DNA of 59,982 nt from Clostridia bacterium (GTDB lineage Bacteria; Bacillota; Clostridia; UMGS1883; UMGS1540). How positions within the stretch are numbered: the stretch's first letter is position 1; each line of letters opens with the position of its first letter. Made by a program: the position numbers and the translations under genes. Below, piece after piece: positions 29,177-39,792 of the stretch. The stretch lies in the NCBI GenBank assembly GCA_045648645.1, contig JAZROH010000122.1, positions 1 through 59,982 of the forward strand, written 5' to 3'. The notes beneath the pieces are model-generated. The model was not told where the DNA came from and searched no databases. It was given only the letters and a program-made list of their open reading frames with translations.

Positions 29177-30808
29177 ATGGAACTTTTAACGAGGTTCGTA
29201 AAAAAGACTGAATTTGAAAGTTACGAGGATTTTAAGGCGAATTTTCGTCTGGATGTGCCGGAAAAATTTGAATTTGCCCGGGATGTTGTAGATGCATGGG
29301 CAGAGCTGGAGCCGGAAAAACGGGCACTTGTCTATTGTAATGACGAAGGGGTTGCCCGTACCTTTACCTTTTCCGATATTTCTGTGCTTTCCAAGAAGGC
29401 GGCAACATATTTTACGCAGATGGGCATTCGCCGCGGCGATAAGGTGCTGACGCTTCTGCGCCGCAGATATGAATATTGGATTTGCGCGGTGGCACTGCAT
29501 AGAATCGGCGCAGTCTTAATTCCCGCATCCATTCAGCTCCGTGCAAAGGATATTGATTATCGCTTAAATCAGGCAGATGCAAAATGCGTAATTGCCGTAA
29601 AGGATGATTTTGTATGCCAGCAGGTAGCATCTCTTCGGACAAAGTGTATGGTTATTTTTGCCGGGGACGAGCCTGTGGAGGGGTATCCGTATTTTAATGC
29701 AGAATACGAAAACTGTGCGCTGTATGAGGAGCCGGACGAAGGCACGAATGCGGACCAGATGCTTCTGTATTTTACTTCCGGTACCACAGGATATCCGAAA
29801 ATGGCGGTGCATAACCGTACGTATCCTTTGGGGCATATCATGACAGCGAAATATATGCAGTGCGTCCAGAATAACGGGTTGCATCTTACCCAGTCCGACA
29901 GCGGTTGGGCAAAGTTTGGATGGGGGAATATTTACGGGCAGTGGATTTGCGGCAGTGCCATTTTAGGCTATGACCCCATTCGGTTTAGCCCTGAGCAGCT
30001 TATGGAACACATGAAGGAATTTAAACCTACCTCCTTGTGCATCCCGCCCACCATGTACCGTTTCCTTTTAAAGGCAGGGGTGCAGAGAGAACATCTTGCA
30101 TCTATCAAGTGGTTTGCCACAGCGGGAGAGCCCTTAAGCGGGGAGGTCAACAGTGCGTTTTACGACCTTTGCGGGCATTATATTCATGAGGGCTACGGAC
30201 AGAGTGAAGGGACGCCCATTACCTGCTCCTTCCAGTGGCTTGGTATTCGTCCTTCGTCTATGGGAAGACCTTCACCACTTTATGATGTTGCCCTTATTGA
30301 TAAGGACGGCAACCGCTGTGCGGTAGGCGATGAAGGCGAAGTTGTTATGTTTGTGAAGGACGGCAAACAGGTTGGTCTTTTGGATTATTACTATCAGGAC
30401 GGCGAAAAAATCAATCCGATTGAAAATGGTATCTACCATACCGGCGATATTGCCTATGAGGATGAAGACGGGTACTACTGGTATGTGGGACGAAATGACG
30501 ATATGATTAAATGCTCAGGCTATCGCATCGGCCCGTTTGAAATTGAAAGCGTACTCAATACACACGAGGCGGTTAAGGAATGCGCAATCGTGGGAAGACC
30601 TGATGAAATTCGCGGACAAATTGTTTGCGCGGTAGTTGTGTTGGCACCGGGCTTTGAGCCTTCCGACGCCCTTACCAAGGAACTGCAGGATTATGTAAAG
30701 AAGCTGACGGCACCGTATAAATATCCCCGTAAAATTGAATATGTTTCGGAACTTCCCAAAACAACCTCGGGGAAAATAACACGGAATGCCTTAAGAACAG
30801 ATAAATAG
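29177..30808 (+). CDS. AMP-forming acyl-CoA synthetase (medium/short-chain, ACSM-like)
   Basis: The AMP-binding motif [11 protein letters not shown] and C-terminal SGKITR are present. ATG 29177 follows GGAAAGGA, and ATG 29168 is an alternative start. Confidence 0.85.
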   Translation: MELLTRFVKKTEFESYEDFKANFRLDVPEKFEFARDVVDAWAELEPEKRALVYCNDEGVARTFTFSDISVLSKKAATYFTQMGIRRGDKVLTLLRRRYEYWICAVALHRIGAVLIPASIQLRAKDIDYRLNQADAKCVIAVKDDFVCQQVASLRTKCMVIFAGDEPVEGYPYFNAEYENCALYEEPDEGTNADQMLLYFTSGTTGYPKMAVHNRTYPLGHIMTAKYMQCVQNNGLHLTQSDSGWAKFGWGNIYGQWICGSAILGYDPIRFSPEQLMEHMKEFKPTSLCIPPTMYRFLLKAGVQREHLASIKWFATAGEPLSGEVNSAFYDLCGHYIHEGYGQSEGTPITCSFQWLGIRPSSMGRPSPLYDVALIDKDGNRCAVGDEGEVVMFVKDGKQVGLLDYYYQDGEKINPIENGIYHTGDIAYEDEDGYYWYVGRNDDMIKCSGYRIGPFEIESVLNTHEAVKECAIVGRPDEIRGQIVCAVVVLAPGFEPSDALTKELQDYVKKLTAPYKYPRKIEYVSELPKTTSGKITRNALRTDK

Positions 30809-30822
30809 AAAGGATTTTGAAA

Positions 30823-33438
30823 ATGAAAAACATTGATAAAACCTACGAACCGCAAACTGTAGAAAAAAAGCTTTATAAAAAGTGGCAGGATAACGGCTAT
30901 TTCAAGGCTTCACCCGATAAGAACAAGAAACCCTTCTGTATCGTAATTCCCCCTCCCAATGTAACGGGACAGCTGCATATGGGACATGCACTGGACGAAA
31001 CGCTGCAGGATATTTTAATCCGTTGGCGCAGAATGCAGGGATATAGTGCCCTGTGGGTGCCGGGAACAGACCATGCGGGGATTGCTACGCAGATTAAGGT
31101 AGAAGAACACCTTCGCAAAACCGAGGGGCTGACCCGTCATGACCTTGGGAGAGAAAAGTTCCTCGAAAGAGTATGGGACTGGAAAAACCAATATGGTGAC
31201 CGCATTATTAACCAGCTGAAAAGCTTGGGAAGCTCCTGCGATTGGTCCAGAGAACGCTTTACCATGGACGAAGGCTGCTCTCGTGCAGTCCGCGAGGTGT
31301 TTGTACGTCTGTATGAAAAAGGGCTGATTTATAAAGGAAACCGCATTATTAACTGGTGCCCGCAGTGTCGCACGGCGCTTTCCGATGCAGAGGTGGAATA
31401 TAGTGAACAGGGCGGACATTTCTGGCATATCCGTTACCCCATCAAGGGTGAGAACGGTTTTGTGGAAATTGCCACAACACGTCCCGAAACGCTTCTTGGC
31501 GATACGGCGGTAGCTGTAAATCCCGAGGATGAACGGTTTAAAGATTTGGTCGGAAAGACCTTGATTCTCCCGCTTGTGGGTCGTGAAATCCCCATTGTTG
31601 CCGACGAATACGTAGATAAGGAGTTTGGTACGGGTGCCGTTAAGATTACACCTGCCCATGACCCCAACGACTTTGAGGTCGGTCAGCGCCATAACCTCGA
31701 ACAAATCCGCATTATGGACGATGATGCTAAAATTTCCTTTGATTGCAAATATAAAGGCATGGACCGCTATGAAGCAAGACGTGCCATGGTGGAGGACCTT
31801 GAAAAAGAAGGTCTGCTTATAAAGACAGTAGACCACAGCCACAATGTAGGTGCCTGCTATCGCTGTGGCACTACGGTAGAACCGCTTACAAGTGAACAGT
31901 GGTTTGTAAAAATGGAGCCGCTTGCAAAAGAGGCAATGCGCGTTGTTAAAGACGGCACGATTGAATTCATTCCGGGACGTTTCTCGAAAACGTACATGAA
32001 CTGGATGGAAAATGTGCATGATTGGTGTATTTCCCGTCAGCTTTGGTGGGGACACCGTATTCCGGCGTTCTACTGCGAAGAATGCGGTAAAATGGTTGTT
32101 TCCCGCGAGGATGTGGAAACATGTGCTTGTGGCGGTAAAATGCGGCAGGAGGACGATGTTCTGGATACATGGTTCAGTTCCGCCCTTTGGCCGTTCTCAA
32201 CGCTCGGTTGGCCCGATAAGACGGAGGAACTTGACTATTATTATCCCACAAGTGTGCTTGTAACGGGGTATGACATTATCTTCTTCTGGGTTTCCCGCAT
32301 GATTTTTTCAGGTATGGAACACATGGGCAAGGAGCCCTTTAAGCATGTATTCCTGCACGGGCTTGTGCGTGACGGGCAGGGCAGAAAGATGTCCAAGTCC
32401 CTCGGTAATGGTATTGACCCCCTCGAGGTTATTGAGGAATACGGTGCGGATGCACTTCGCTTTACGCTTGCTACCGGCAATTCGCCCGGTAATGATATGC
32501 GCTTCTACATGGAAAGAGTAGAGGCAAGCCGTAACTTTGCCAATAAGCTTTGGAATGCGGCACGCTTTGTTATGATGAATTTGGATATTGACAAAGTAAC
32601 GCTTCCGGAAAATCCCCAGATGGAAGACAAATGGATTTTGTCTAAGTACAATACACTGGTAAAAGAGGTTACGGATAATCTGGAAAACTACGAAATCGGT
32701 ATTGCCCTTGGAAAGGTGTACGACTTTATCTGGGATATATACTGCGATTGGTATATCGAGCTTACAAAGCCGCGCCTTTATGATGAAGCCTGTCCCACAA
32801 GACGGGATGCACAAAATACGCTGTGCTACGTTTTAGCCGGAACGCTGAAGTTGTTGCACCCGTTTATGCCCTTTGTAACCGATGAAATTTATACAGCCCT
32901 TCCCGTAGAGGATGAGAGCATTATGATTTCCGCATGGCCGACCTTTGACGAAGCACTTGCTTTCCCCAAGGATGAGGCGGAAATGGAAATTATCTGTGAT
33001 GCCATTCGCGGCATTCGAAATGCAAGAGCAGAAATGCAGATTCCGCCTTCCAAACGTGCAAGCCTCTATGTGGTAACAGAAAAGGCAGACCTTTTTGCCG
33101 GTAGTGAAGAGTTCTTTAAAAAGCTTGCAGGCGCTTCGGAAGTGGTTGTAAAGGCAGAAAAGGATGCGGCCTGTGAAAAGGCACTCACGGTGGTTGTAGA
33201 AAGCGCCATGCTCTTTATGCCCACAGACCAACTGATTGACAAGGAAAAGGAAATTGCCAGACTCGAAAAAGAAAAGGCAAACCTTGAAAATGAAATTAAA
33301 AGAACGAGCAGCAAGCTTTCCAATCCCGGCTTCCTTGCAAAAGCGCCGGCAAAGCTTGTGGAAGAAGAAAAGGCAAAACAGGCAAAATACGAAGAAATGT
33401 TAGAAAAGGTGTTAGAGGGCATTGAAGCATTCAAATAA
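30823..33438 (+). CDS. valS: valine--tRNA ligase
   Basis: HMGH and KMSKS motifs plus a C-terminal coiled coil. ATG 30823 lies after AGAAAGGA, and the track TTG is at 30817. Confidence 0.95.
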   Translation: MKNIDKTYEPQTVEKKLYKKWQDNGYFKASPDKNKKPFCIVIPPPNVTGQLHMGHALDETLQDILIRWRRMQGYSALWVPGTDHAGIATQIKVEEHLRKTEGLTRHDLGREKFLERVWDWKNQYGDRIINQLKSLGSSCDWSRERFTMDEGCSRAVREVFVRLYEKGLIYKGNRIINWCPQCRTALSDAEVEYSEQGGHFWHIRYPIKGENGFVEIATTRPETLLGDTAVAVNPEDERFKDLVGKTLILPLVGREIPIVADEYVDKEFGTGAVKITPAHDPNDFEVGQRHNLEQIRIMDDDAKISFDCKYKGMDRYEARRAMVEDLEKEGLLIKTVDHSHNVGACYRCGTTVEPLTSEQWFVKMEPLAKEAMRVVKDGTIEFIPGRFSKTYMNWMENVHDWCISRQLWWGHRIPAFYCEECGKMVVSREDVETCACGGKMRQEDDVLDTWFSSALWPFSTLGWPDKTEELDYYYPTSVLVTGYDIIFFWVSRMIFSGMEHMGKEPFKHVFLHGLVRDGQGRKMSKSLGNGIDPLEVIEEYGADALRFTLATGNSPGNDMRFYMERVEASRNFANKLWNAARFVMMNLDIDKVTLPENPQMEDKWILSKYNTLVKEVTDNLENYEIGIALGKVYDFIWDIYCDWYIELTKPRLYDEACPTRRDAQNTLCYVLAGTLKLLHPFMPFVTDEIYTALPVEDESIMISAWPTFDEALAFPKDEAEMEIICDAIRGIRNARAEMQIPPSKRASLYVVTEKADLFAGSEEFFKKLAGASEVVVKAEKDAACEKALTVVVESAMLFMPTDQLIDKEKEIARLEKEKANLENEIKRTSSKLSNPGFLAKAPAKLVEEEKAKQAKYEEMLEKVLEGIEAFK

Positions 33439-34726
33439 TTTCAGCTATAAGGACGCACTTTGCTTTGTACACGGGGCACTGAAGCTCGGGTCAAAGCTTG
33501 GGCTTACGAATATACGGGAGCTTTTAAAGCGCGTTGGTCGTCCGCAGGATAAACTGAAATTCATTCACATTGCAGGTACAAACGGAAAAGGAACGGTTAC
33601 AACCGCACTCGCCGCAGTCTTGACTGCGGCGGGTTTCCGCACGGGTGCATACACATCCCCTTTTGTATATCGCTTTAATGAACGTATGCAAATTGACGGG
33701 GCGGAAATTTCTGATGCCGTTTTTACGCGAAACGCCTATTTGGTAAAGGAGGCCTCGGCGGCAATGGTGGCGGAGGGGCTTGCCCACCCGACGGAGTTTG
33801 AAATTGTAACGGCAATCGGGCTTTTGTGCTTTGCGGAGGAAGGGTGCGAATATGTGGCACTGGAGGTTGGTCTCGGCGGTAGACTCGATGCCACGAATGC
33901 AATCGAAAATCCTGTCTGTACCGCAATTTGTTCCATCGGATATGACCATATGCAATACCTTGGAGATACACTCGAAGAAATTGCAGGAGAAAAGTGCGGC
34001 ATATTAAAAGAGGGTGTGCCCGCGGTGGTGTATAGGGAGCAGCCTAAAGCGGCAATGGCGGTTATTCGCGAAAAATGTGCCGAGAAAAATGCGCCGCTTC
34101 TTCTCTCGGAGGTGCCTAAAGTTTCGGAGAGCACCTACCGCGGGAACCGTTTTTCAACGTCCCGCTACAAGGATTTGTTCTTGCCCCTTGCAGGTACACA
34201 CATGGCAAAAAATGCATGTGTAACGCTTGGGATTATTGACGTATTGCGGGAAAAAGGTGTTTCCATTCCCGACAGTGCGGTGTATGAAGGACTGAAAGCG
34301 GTACGGCATCGGGGAAGACTGGAAACCGTTTCGGAAAATCCCCTATTTATTTTGGACGGGGCACATAATGCTGACGGAATTGATGCCCTTTGTGCCGCTG
34401 TAAAATCCCTTTTTGCAGGGAAAAAGCTTGTGTTTATTACAGGCATGCTTGCCGATAAAGAATATGAAAAGGCAATGGAGAAGACGGCGGGACTTGCAGA
34501 ATGCGTAATTTGTGTCACCGTGCCGTCCCCTCGCGCCCTTTCGGCCTTGGAACTTGCCGAAGCGGCAAAGCCATATCATAAAAAGGTGCAGGCGGCAGAA
34601 AGTATGGACGAAGCCATTCGGGCGGCATACGGCGAAAAACCGGATGTGATTCTTGCCTTCGGTTCGCTTTATATGCTTGCAGATGTACATGCAGCGGTAA
34701 TACGGTTTTTAAACGAGCGGGATTGA
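33422..34726 (+). CDS. folC: folylpolyglutamate synthase / dihydrofolate synthase
   Basis: Mur-ligase P-loop [10 protein letters not shown] and DGAHN are present. The TTG start overlaps the valS end. Confidence 0.9.
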   Translation: MKHSNNFSYKDALCFVHGALKLGSKLGLTNIRELLKRVGRPQDKLKFIHIAGTNGKGTVTTALAAVLTAAGFRTGAYTSPFVYRFNERMQIDGAEISDAVFTRNAYLVKEASAAMVAEGLAHPTEFEIVTAIGLLCFAEEGCEYVALEVGLGGRLDATNAIENPVCTAICSIGYDHMQYLGDTLEEIAGEKCGILKEGVPAVVYREQPKAAMAVIREKCAEKNAPLLLSEVPKVSESTYRGNRFSTSRYKDLFLPLAGTHMAKNACVTLGIIDVLREKGVSIPDSAVYEGLKAVRHRGRLETVSENPLFILDGAHNADGIDALCAAVKSLFAGKKLVFITGMLADKEYEKAMEKTAGLAECVICVTVPSPRALSALELAEAAKPYHKKVQAAESMDEAIRAAYGEKPDVILAFGSLYMLADVHAAVIRFLNERD

Positions 34727-34751
34727 CAAAAAATCCCGCTCGTGATATAAT
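34723..34751 (+). promoter_or_regulatory. sigma-A type promoter
   Basis: TTGACA, 17 nt, TATAAT. The -35 sits in the loop of a 10-bp hairpin (34713-34743) and overlaps the folC stop codon. Confidence 0.5.
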
Positions 34752-34809
34752 GTGATTGCAAAGAAAACAAAATTTTAAAATGGAACAAAATTTAAAAAGG
34801 AGATGCAAA

Positions 34810-36063
34810 ATGACCGGTATCTTAGAAATTATAGAGGATTTTAAGAAGGCGTGCCCTTGCGGCAGACAGCATGAAACGGCTGTTCGGGATGTGCTTATTG
34901 AATCGGGGGCGGTACATCGCGTAGGAGAAATGCTTTCGAAAAACGGATTTTCCAAGAATCTTTTACTGGTTGCGGATAAAAACACATTACGCGCCGCAAG
35001 TGGTATTGCGGAAAGTCTGCAAGATTTTTCGGTAGAATATAAAATTTACGACGATTTGCGCGTTGCCACCATGGAGCACGTACGCGAAATTGAAGAGATG
35101 ATTCAGGGGAAAGACATTTCCGTTTTATCGGTAGGGACAGGCTCGGTAAACGACACCTGCCGCCTGGCTTCTGCGCGGCAGAAAAAACTGCTTTGTATTT
35201 TTGCAACAGCGCCGTCCATGGATGGCTTTGCCTCTTACGGTGCGCCTATCGTATGTAACGGTTTCAAATCCTCTTATGATGCGAAAAGTCCCGAAGTCAT
35301 TATTGCCGACACTAAAATTTTAGCAGAAGCGCCAAATGAACTGAAGTCGGCGGGCTTTGGAGATATGATTGCAAAATATATCGGACTTGTGGACTGGCAG
35401 ATTTCCGCGCTTCTTACCGGTGAGTACTACTGCGAAAAAATTGCAAAGCTTACAAGGGAAGCTGTAGATGAACTGATGGAAATGGCAGACAGGGTGTGCG
35501 TAAAGGACGAATATACCGCAGGTAAAATTTTTGAAGCCTTGCTCAAAACCGGTATCGGCATGAGCTTTGCGCAAAATTCACGCCCTGCCAGCGGAAGTGA
35601 ACATATTGTTGCCCATTTAATTGAATGTGTTGAACTTCGTGATAACATCATTCCCAATTTCCATGGCGATGATGTTGGTGTTGCCACGCTGGAAATGTTA
35701 AAATATTATAATGCTCTGGCAGAAAAGCCGTGCATTGAAACGCAGGACGAAGTGGTCGATTGGGAGGATGTGTACGCATTTTATGCCGAAATGGCAGAGG
35801 AAGTCAGAAAACTCAATACGCCGGATACCGTCAGTGATGCGGTGGATAAAGATGACCTGAAAAATAAATGGCAGGAAATCAGAAAAATTATACATAGCGT
35901 ACCAAGCTACGAAACATGTAAAACCGCTATGCAAAAGGCAGGCTGTAAGCTTACGGTAGCGGATATAGGAAAAGACCAAAAATTATTTGATGATTGCGTA
36001 AAATATTCGCCGTATATGCGAAGAAGATTGACGCTGTTAAGACTTCGAAACATGATAAAATAA
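34810..36063 (+). CDS. iron-containing alcohol dehydrogenase family protein, sn-glycerol-1-phosphate dehydrogenase-like (AraM/EgsA type)
   Basis: GTGSVNDTCR, APSMDGFASYGAPI and SGSEHIVAH motifs are present. ATG 34810 lies 7 nt after AAGGAG. Confidence 0.6.
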   Translation: MTGILEIIEDFKKACPCGRQHETAVRDVLIESGAVHRVGEMLSKNGFSKNLLLVADKNTLRAASGIAESLQDFSVEYKIYDDLRVATMEHVREIEEMIQGKDISVLSVGTGSVNDTCRLASARQKKLLCIFATAPSMDGFASYGAPIVCNGFKSSYDAKSPEVIIADTKILAEAPNELKSAGFGDMIAKYIGLVDWQISALLTGEYYCEKIAKLTREAVDELMEMADRVCVKDEYTAGKIFEALLKTGIGMSFAQNSRPASGSEHIVAHLIECVELRDNIIPNFHGDDVGVATLEMLKYYNALAEKPCIETQDEVVDWEDVYAFYAEMAEEVRKLNTPDTVSDAVDKDDLKNKWQEIRKIIHSVPSYETCKTAMQKAGCKLTVADIGKDQKLFDDCVKYSPYMRRRLTLLRLRNMIK

Positions 36064-36156
36064 CGGTTTGCCTGCTCATGCGTGTGAAAACACATATCAA
36101 TTTATTTGTACGTGAACCGGGACTGTCATTCATTTTTTAGTATAGGAGAACACAAT

Positions 36157-36714
36157 ATGCGTGTAATTTCCGGAACTGCCCGCGGACGCAAGCTTTTGAG
36201 CCTTGACGGGTTGCATACAAGACCGACGACAGACAGAGTGAAAGAAGCTGTATTTAATATTGTGATGCCGCACGTGCGGGAAGCGACGGTGCTTGACCTT
36301 TTTGCGGGAAGCGGCGCACTTGGCATTGAAGCACTTTCAAGAGGTGCTGTGCACAGTACATTTGTGGAAAACAGCCGTGCCGCGGCAGAGATTATCCGGC
36401 AAAATTTAGAGAATACCAAATTTACTGCAAACGCCACGCTTATCGAAAGGGATGCGCTTGCCTTTTTATCGGCAACGCAGGAAAAATACACACTTATTTT
36501 TCTGGACCCACCGTATGACGGCGGCTTTTATGCGCCTGTGCTTTCCCTTATAGCGGGAAAGGCACTTTTGCAGCCGGACGGGGTGCTGGTTTTGGAAAAA
36601 CGGGCAGATATGGACATACCGCTATCGAGTGGTCTGGAAATTTTGAAAGAAAGAAAATATGGAAAAACAGAAGTTTTAATACTAGGACGGAAAGGAAGGC
36701 ATGAACATGATTAA
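36157..36714 (+). CDS. rsmD: 16S rRNA (guanine966-N2)-methyltransferase
   Basis: MRVISGTARGRKL..RPTTDRVKE..DLFAGSGALGIEALSRG..FLDPPY. Confidence 0.9.
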   Translation: MRVISGTARGRKLLSLDGLHTRPTTDRVKEAVFNIVMPHVREATVLDLFAGSGALGIEALSRGAVHSTFVENSRAAAEIIRQNLENTKFTANATLIERDALAFLSATQEKYTLIFLDPPYDGGFYAPVLSLIAGKALLQPDGVLVLEKRADMDIPLSSGLEILKERKYGKTEVLILGRKGRHEHD

Positions 36715-37672
36715 GACAATCGGTGTTTTAACAAGCGGCGGTGATGCGCCGGGCATGAATGCGGCAATTCGCGCCGTTGTTCGTACGGGCTGTGCAAACG
36801 GGCTTCGTGTTATGGGGATTCAAAGAGGCTATCAGGGGCTTATCGACGGTGAAATTCAGGAGCTTACGCCCCGAAGCGTTTCCGATACCCTGCAACGGGG
36901 CGGAACGTTTTTGCAGTCAGCACGTTGCAAGGCATTTATGGAAGAAGCAGGGGTTATCCGCGCTATTGAGGTGGCAAAGGTGTTCGGCATTGATGCCCTT
37001 GTTGTTATCGGCGGGGACGGGTCTTTCCGCGGCGCGCTGGATTTAAGCCGGCACGGACTTACGGCGGTCGGTATTCCCGGCACAATTGATAACGATATTG
37101 ACTGCACCGAATACACCATTGGGTATGATACGGCAATGAATACGGCAATGGAAGCCATTGACAAAATCCGCGATACGATTTCGAGCCATCAGCGCTGCAG
37201 TATTGTTGAGGTTATGGGCAGGGGCGCAGGACACATTGCGCTGAGCCTTTCCATCGCAAACGGTGCGGAAGCTGTGATTGTGCCGGAAAAAGACTTTTCG
37301 GTGGATGAGGACATTATAAAGCCGATTTTTGCATGCCGCAACCGCGGTAAAAAGCATTATATTATCATTTTAGCAGAAGGCGTTGGAAAGGCGGAGGAAA
37401 TCAAGGCGGAAATCCACCAGAAAACCGGCATTGAAGCCCGCATCAGCGTACTTGGTTACATTCAGCGCGGCGGAAGCCCCACAGCGCGGGACAGAATTGA
37501 AGCCAGCCGTATGGGTGCGCATGCTGTTGAAATTCTCATGAAAGGGTGCGACAGCCGTATTGTGGCACTGAAAAACGGTCTTGTTACCGATATTCCTATC
37601 GAAGAAGCACTCAGCATGAAGAAAAACATCAGCGAAACAGACCTTGCGCTTACTAAAATTCTGTCTACCTGA
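36707..37672 (+). CDS. pfkA: ATP-dependent 6-phosphofructokinase
   Basis: MIKTIGVLTSGGDAPGMNA, GGDGS and PGTIDND motifs are present. The track ATG at 36701 is an alternative start. Confidence 0.93.
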   Translation: MIKTIGVLTSGGDAPGMNAAIRAVVRTGCANGLRVMGIQRGYQGLIDGEIQELTPRSVSDTLQRGGTFLQSARCKAFMEEAGVIRAIEVAKVFGIDALVVIGGDGSFRGALDLSRHGLTAVGIPGTIDNDIDCTEYTIGYDTAMNTAMEAIDKIRDTISSHQRCSIVEVMGRGAGHIALSLSIANGAEAVIVPEKDFSVDEDIIKPIFACRNRGKKHYIIILAEGVGKAEEIKAEIHQKTGIEARISVLGYIQRGGSPTARDRIEASRMGAHAVEILMKGCDSRIVALKNGLVTDIPIEEALSMKKNISETDLALTKILST

Positions 37673-37719
37673 TTTTGACAAAGAAAGTCAGAAAACTTAT
37701 CTTTAAAATGACATATTTT

Positions 37720-37768
37720 GCACCTCTTTTCCTGTATACTGGTAGGGACGGGAAAAGAGGTGCTTTTT
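37720..37768 (+). terminator. intrinsic terminator after pfkA
   Basis: 13-bp perfect stem GCACCTCTTTTCC/GGAAAAGAGGTGC, an 18-nt loop, then TTTTT. Confidence 0.8.
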
Positions 37769-37791
37769 CATTTGAAGAGGAGATGGGCGGT

Positions 37792-38691
37792 ATGACTGTA
37801 TATGCAGATATTTTATTTCTTATCAATTTTACCGTAAACATTCTGGTGCTGTACCTGACAGGGAAAATCGGAAGGCTTTCACCGCGGCGGTGGCGCATTG
37901 CGCTGGGGGCGGTGGCAGGGGCAGCGTATGCTGTTTTTATGTTTTTTCCGCGGCTTTCCTTCGGGTATTCAGCGGCGGCAAAGGTTTTATTTTCTCTTTT
38001 TGTGGTGGCGCTCACCTTTAATATCCGCGGTGTGCGACTGTACATAAAAACCGTCGGTGTATTTTATCTTGTAACCTTTTGCCTCGGCGGGTGCGTGATG
38101 GCGCTCTTTTATTTGACGGATGCGGGGGCAAAGCTTGGAGCCGTTGTGAAAAACGGTATATTATATTTAAATCTTCCGTGGAAGGTTTTAATCGGGGCGG
38201 TGCTTTTTTCCTATGCCATTATCCGCGTTGTGTGGGGGATTTTGCAAAGCCGCATGGCAAGAGAAGCAATGTACCGTAAAATCGGAATTTCGTGGAATGG
38301 AAATGAGGTTTGGATGGATGCGCTTTTGGATACGGGCAATGCCCTTTGTGAGCCGTTTTCTGGCGCACCGGTGATTGTGGCGGAGTATGAAAAGCTTTTG
38401 CCGATTTTGCCCGAGGCTTTAAGGGAAGCCTGTCAATTGGGAGAAACTGCCGTGGAGCAAATCTGTGACGAGCGAATAAGAGGGCGCATTCGAATGATTC
38501 CTTTTTCCTCTCTCGGAAAAGAGCATGGCATGCTGATAGGCTTTCGCCCTGACAAGGCTTGGCTTTTGGAGAATGAAAAAATTTTGGATGCAGGGGCGGT
38601 TGTAATCGGTATTTATACAAGAAATCTCGCCCGTGACCGCAGCTACGGCGCACTTTTGCCGCCGCAGCTTGCGACACATGAATTTATATAA
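37792..38691 (+). CDS. spoIIGA: sigma-E processing peptidase SpoIIGA
   Basis: [22 protein letters not shown] matches the SpoIIGA N-terminus and contains the DTGN aspartic protease motif. ATG 37792 lies 8 nt after GAGGAG. Confidence 0.9.
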   Translation: MTVYADILFLINFTVNILVLYLTGKIGRLSPRRWRIALGAVAGAAYAVFMFFPRLSFGYSAAAKVLFSLFVVALTFNIRGVRLYIKTVGVFYLVTFCLGGCVMALFYLTDAGAKLGAVVKNGILYLNLPWKVLIGAVLFSYAIIRVVWGILQSRMAREAMYRKIGISWNGNEVWMDALLDTGNALCEPFSGAPVIVAEYEKLLPILPEALREACQLGETAVEQICDERIRGRIRMIPFSSLGKEHGMLIGFRPDKAWLLENEKILDAGAVVIGIYTRNLARDRSYGALLPPQLATHEFI

Positions 38692-38707
38692 AGGAAGGGA
38701 CTTTTTC

Positions 38708-39406
38708 ATGAAATGGCAGGAACTTTTGCGCGCGATTCTTTCGCGCATCTGCGGAAGAGAAGTGCATTATATCGGCGGGGCAGAGGTACTCCCGAAAGCC
38801 CTTTCGCCTGAGGAAGAGGCGGAGCTGATTGCAAAGCTTGGACCGGATACGGAGGATGCAAAACGGGCACTTATCGAGCACAATTTGCGGCTTGTAGTGT
38901 ATATCGCGCGAAAGTTTGATAATACGCAGGTGGGCGCCGAGGACTTAATTTCCATCGGCACGATTGGGCTAATCAAAGCCATTAACACCTTTCAACCGGA
39001 AAAGAATATTAAGCTTGCCACCTATGCTTCTCGCTGTATCGAAAACGAAATTTTAATGCACCTTCGAAAAAACTCTTCCCGCCGCACCGAGGTTTCCATT
39101 GACGAGCCTTTGAATGTGGATTGGGACGGCAACGAGCTTCTTCTATCGGATATTTTAGGAACAGACAGCGATTTGGTGCACCGCCATCTGGAGGACGAAG
39201 CAGAACGTGAAATGCTCTCAAAAGCCCTTTCCCGCCTTTCCGACAGGGAACGGACGATTATGCGCCTTCGCTTCGGGCTTGGCGGCTGCCATGAAAAGAC
39301 CCAGAAGGAGGTGGCAGATATGCTTGGCATCAGCCAGTCCTATATCTCCCGCCTTGAAAAACGAATTATAGCGAGGCTGCAAAAGGAATTTGCCGCTATG
39401 GGGTGA
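38708..39406 (+). CDS. sigE: sporulation sigma factor SigE (pro-sigma E)
   Basis: It has the pro-sequence, then [17 protein letters not shown] and regions 2-4 ([23 protein letters not shown]). Confidence 0.93.
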   Translation: MKWQELLRAILSRICGREVHYIGGAEVLPKALSPEEEAELIAKLGPDTEDAKRALIEHNLRLVVYIARKFDNTQVGAEDLISIGTIGLIKAINTFQPEKNIKLATYASRCIENEILMHLRKNSSRRTEVSIDEPLNVDWDGNELLLSDILGTDSDLVHRHLEDEAEREMLSKALSRLSDRERTIMRLRFGLGGCHEKTQKEVADMLGISQSYISRLEKRIIARLQKEFAAMG

Positions 39407-39450
39407 ACAGTGTCGAAATCTTTTTTTACATAAAGTTCACAGTTTATTCA

Positions 39451-39479
39451 TTGACCCTCGGGCAAGGAAGGTATATAAT
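39451..39479 (+). promoter_or_regulatory. sigma-A type promoter upstream of element copy C and ftsH
   Basis: TTGACC, 17 nt, TATAAT. Confidence 0.55.
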
Positions 39480-39544
39480 AGAAAGAAAAGGGAATGCAAA
39501 AATATTTCTTATCCCCCCTGACCGGAGATTTCTGAGGGGATAGG

Positions 39545-39750
39545 AAAAAGATTCAGAATGGATAAAATGAGCCCGAACTGTGCTCGGGGATACCCGAAGG
39601 CGTACTGGTGTACGCCGAGCGGCGAAGTTGATTTATAGAAAAAAGGCATAAAATATGGGAAAATCTCAAATCTTGAGATTTTCCTGCATTATAGTAGTTT
39701 TTAAAATTTTTTGAACAACCAATCTATATGTAAGTGCTTGCCTTTTTGCG
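39545..39750 (+). repeat. unclassified structured intergenic element, copy C (ftsH leader)
   Basis: It carries the invariant CCCGAAGGCGTAC, the GGCGTAC-tggt-GTACGCC hairpin and GAGCGGCGAAGTT. The architecture matches copies A and B but with different helix sequences. Confidence 0.8.
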
Positions 39751-39792
39751 TTCTGGACTTTTATTACACCCCCGTTTGCATAGGAGGAAAAA

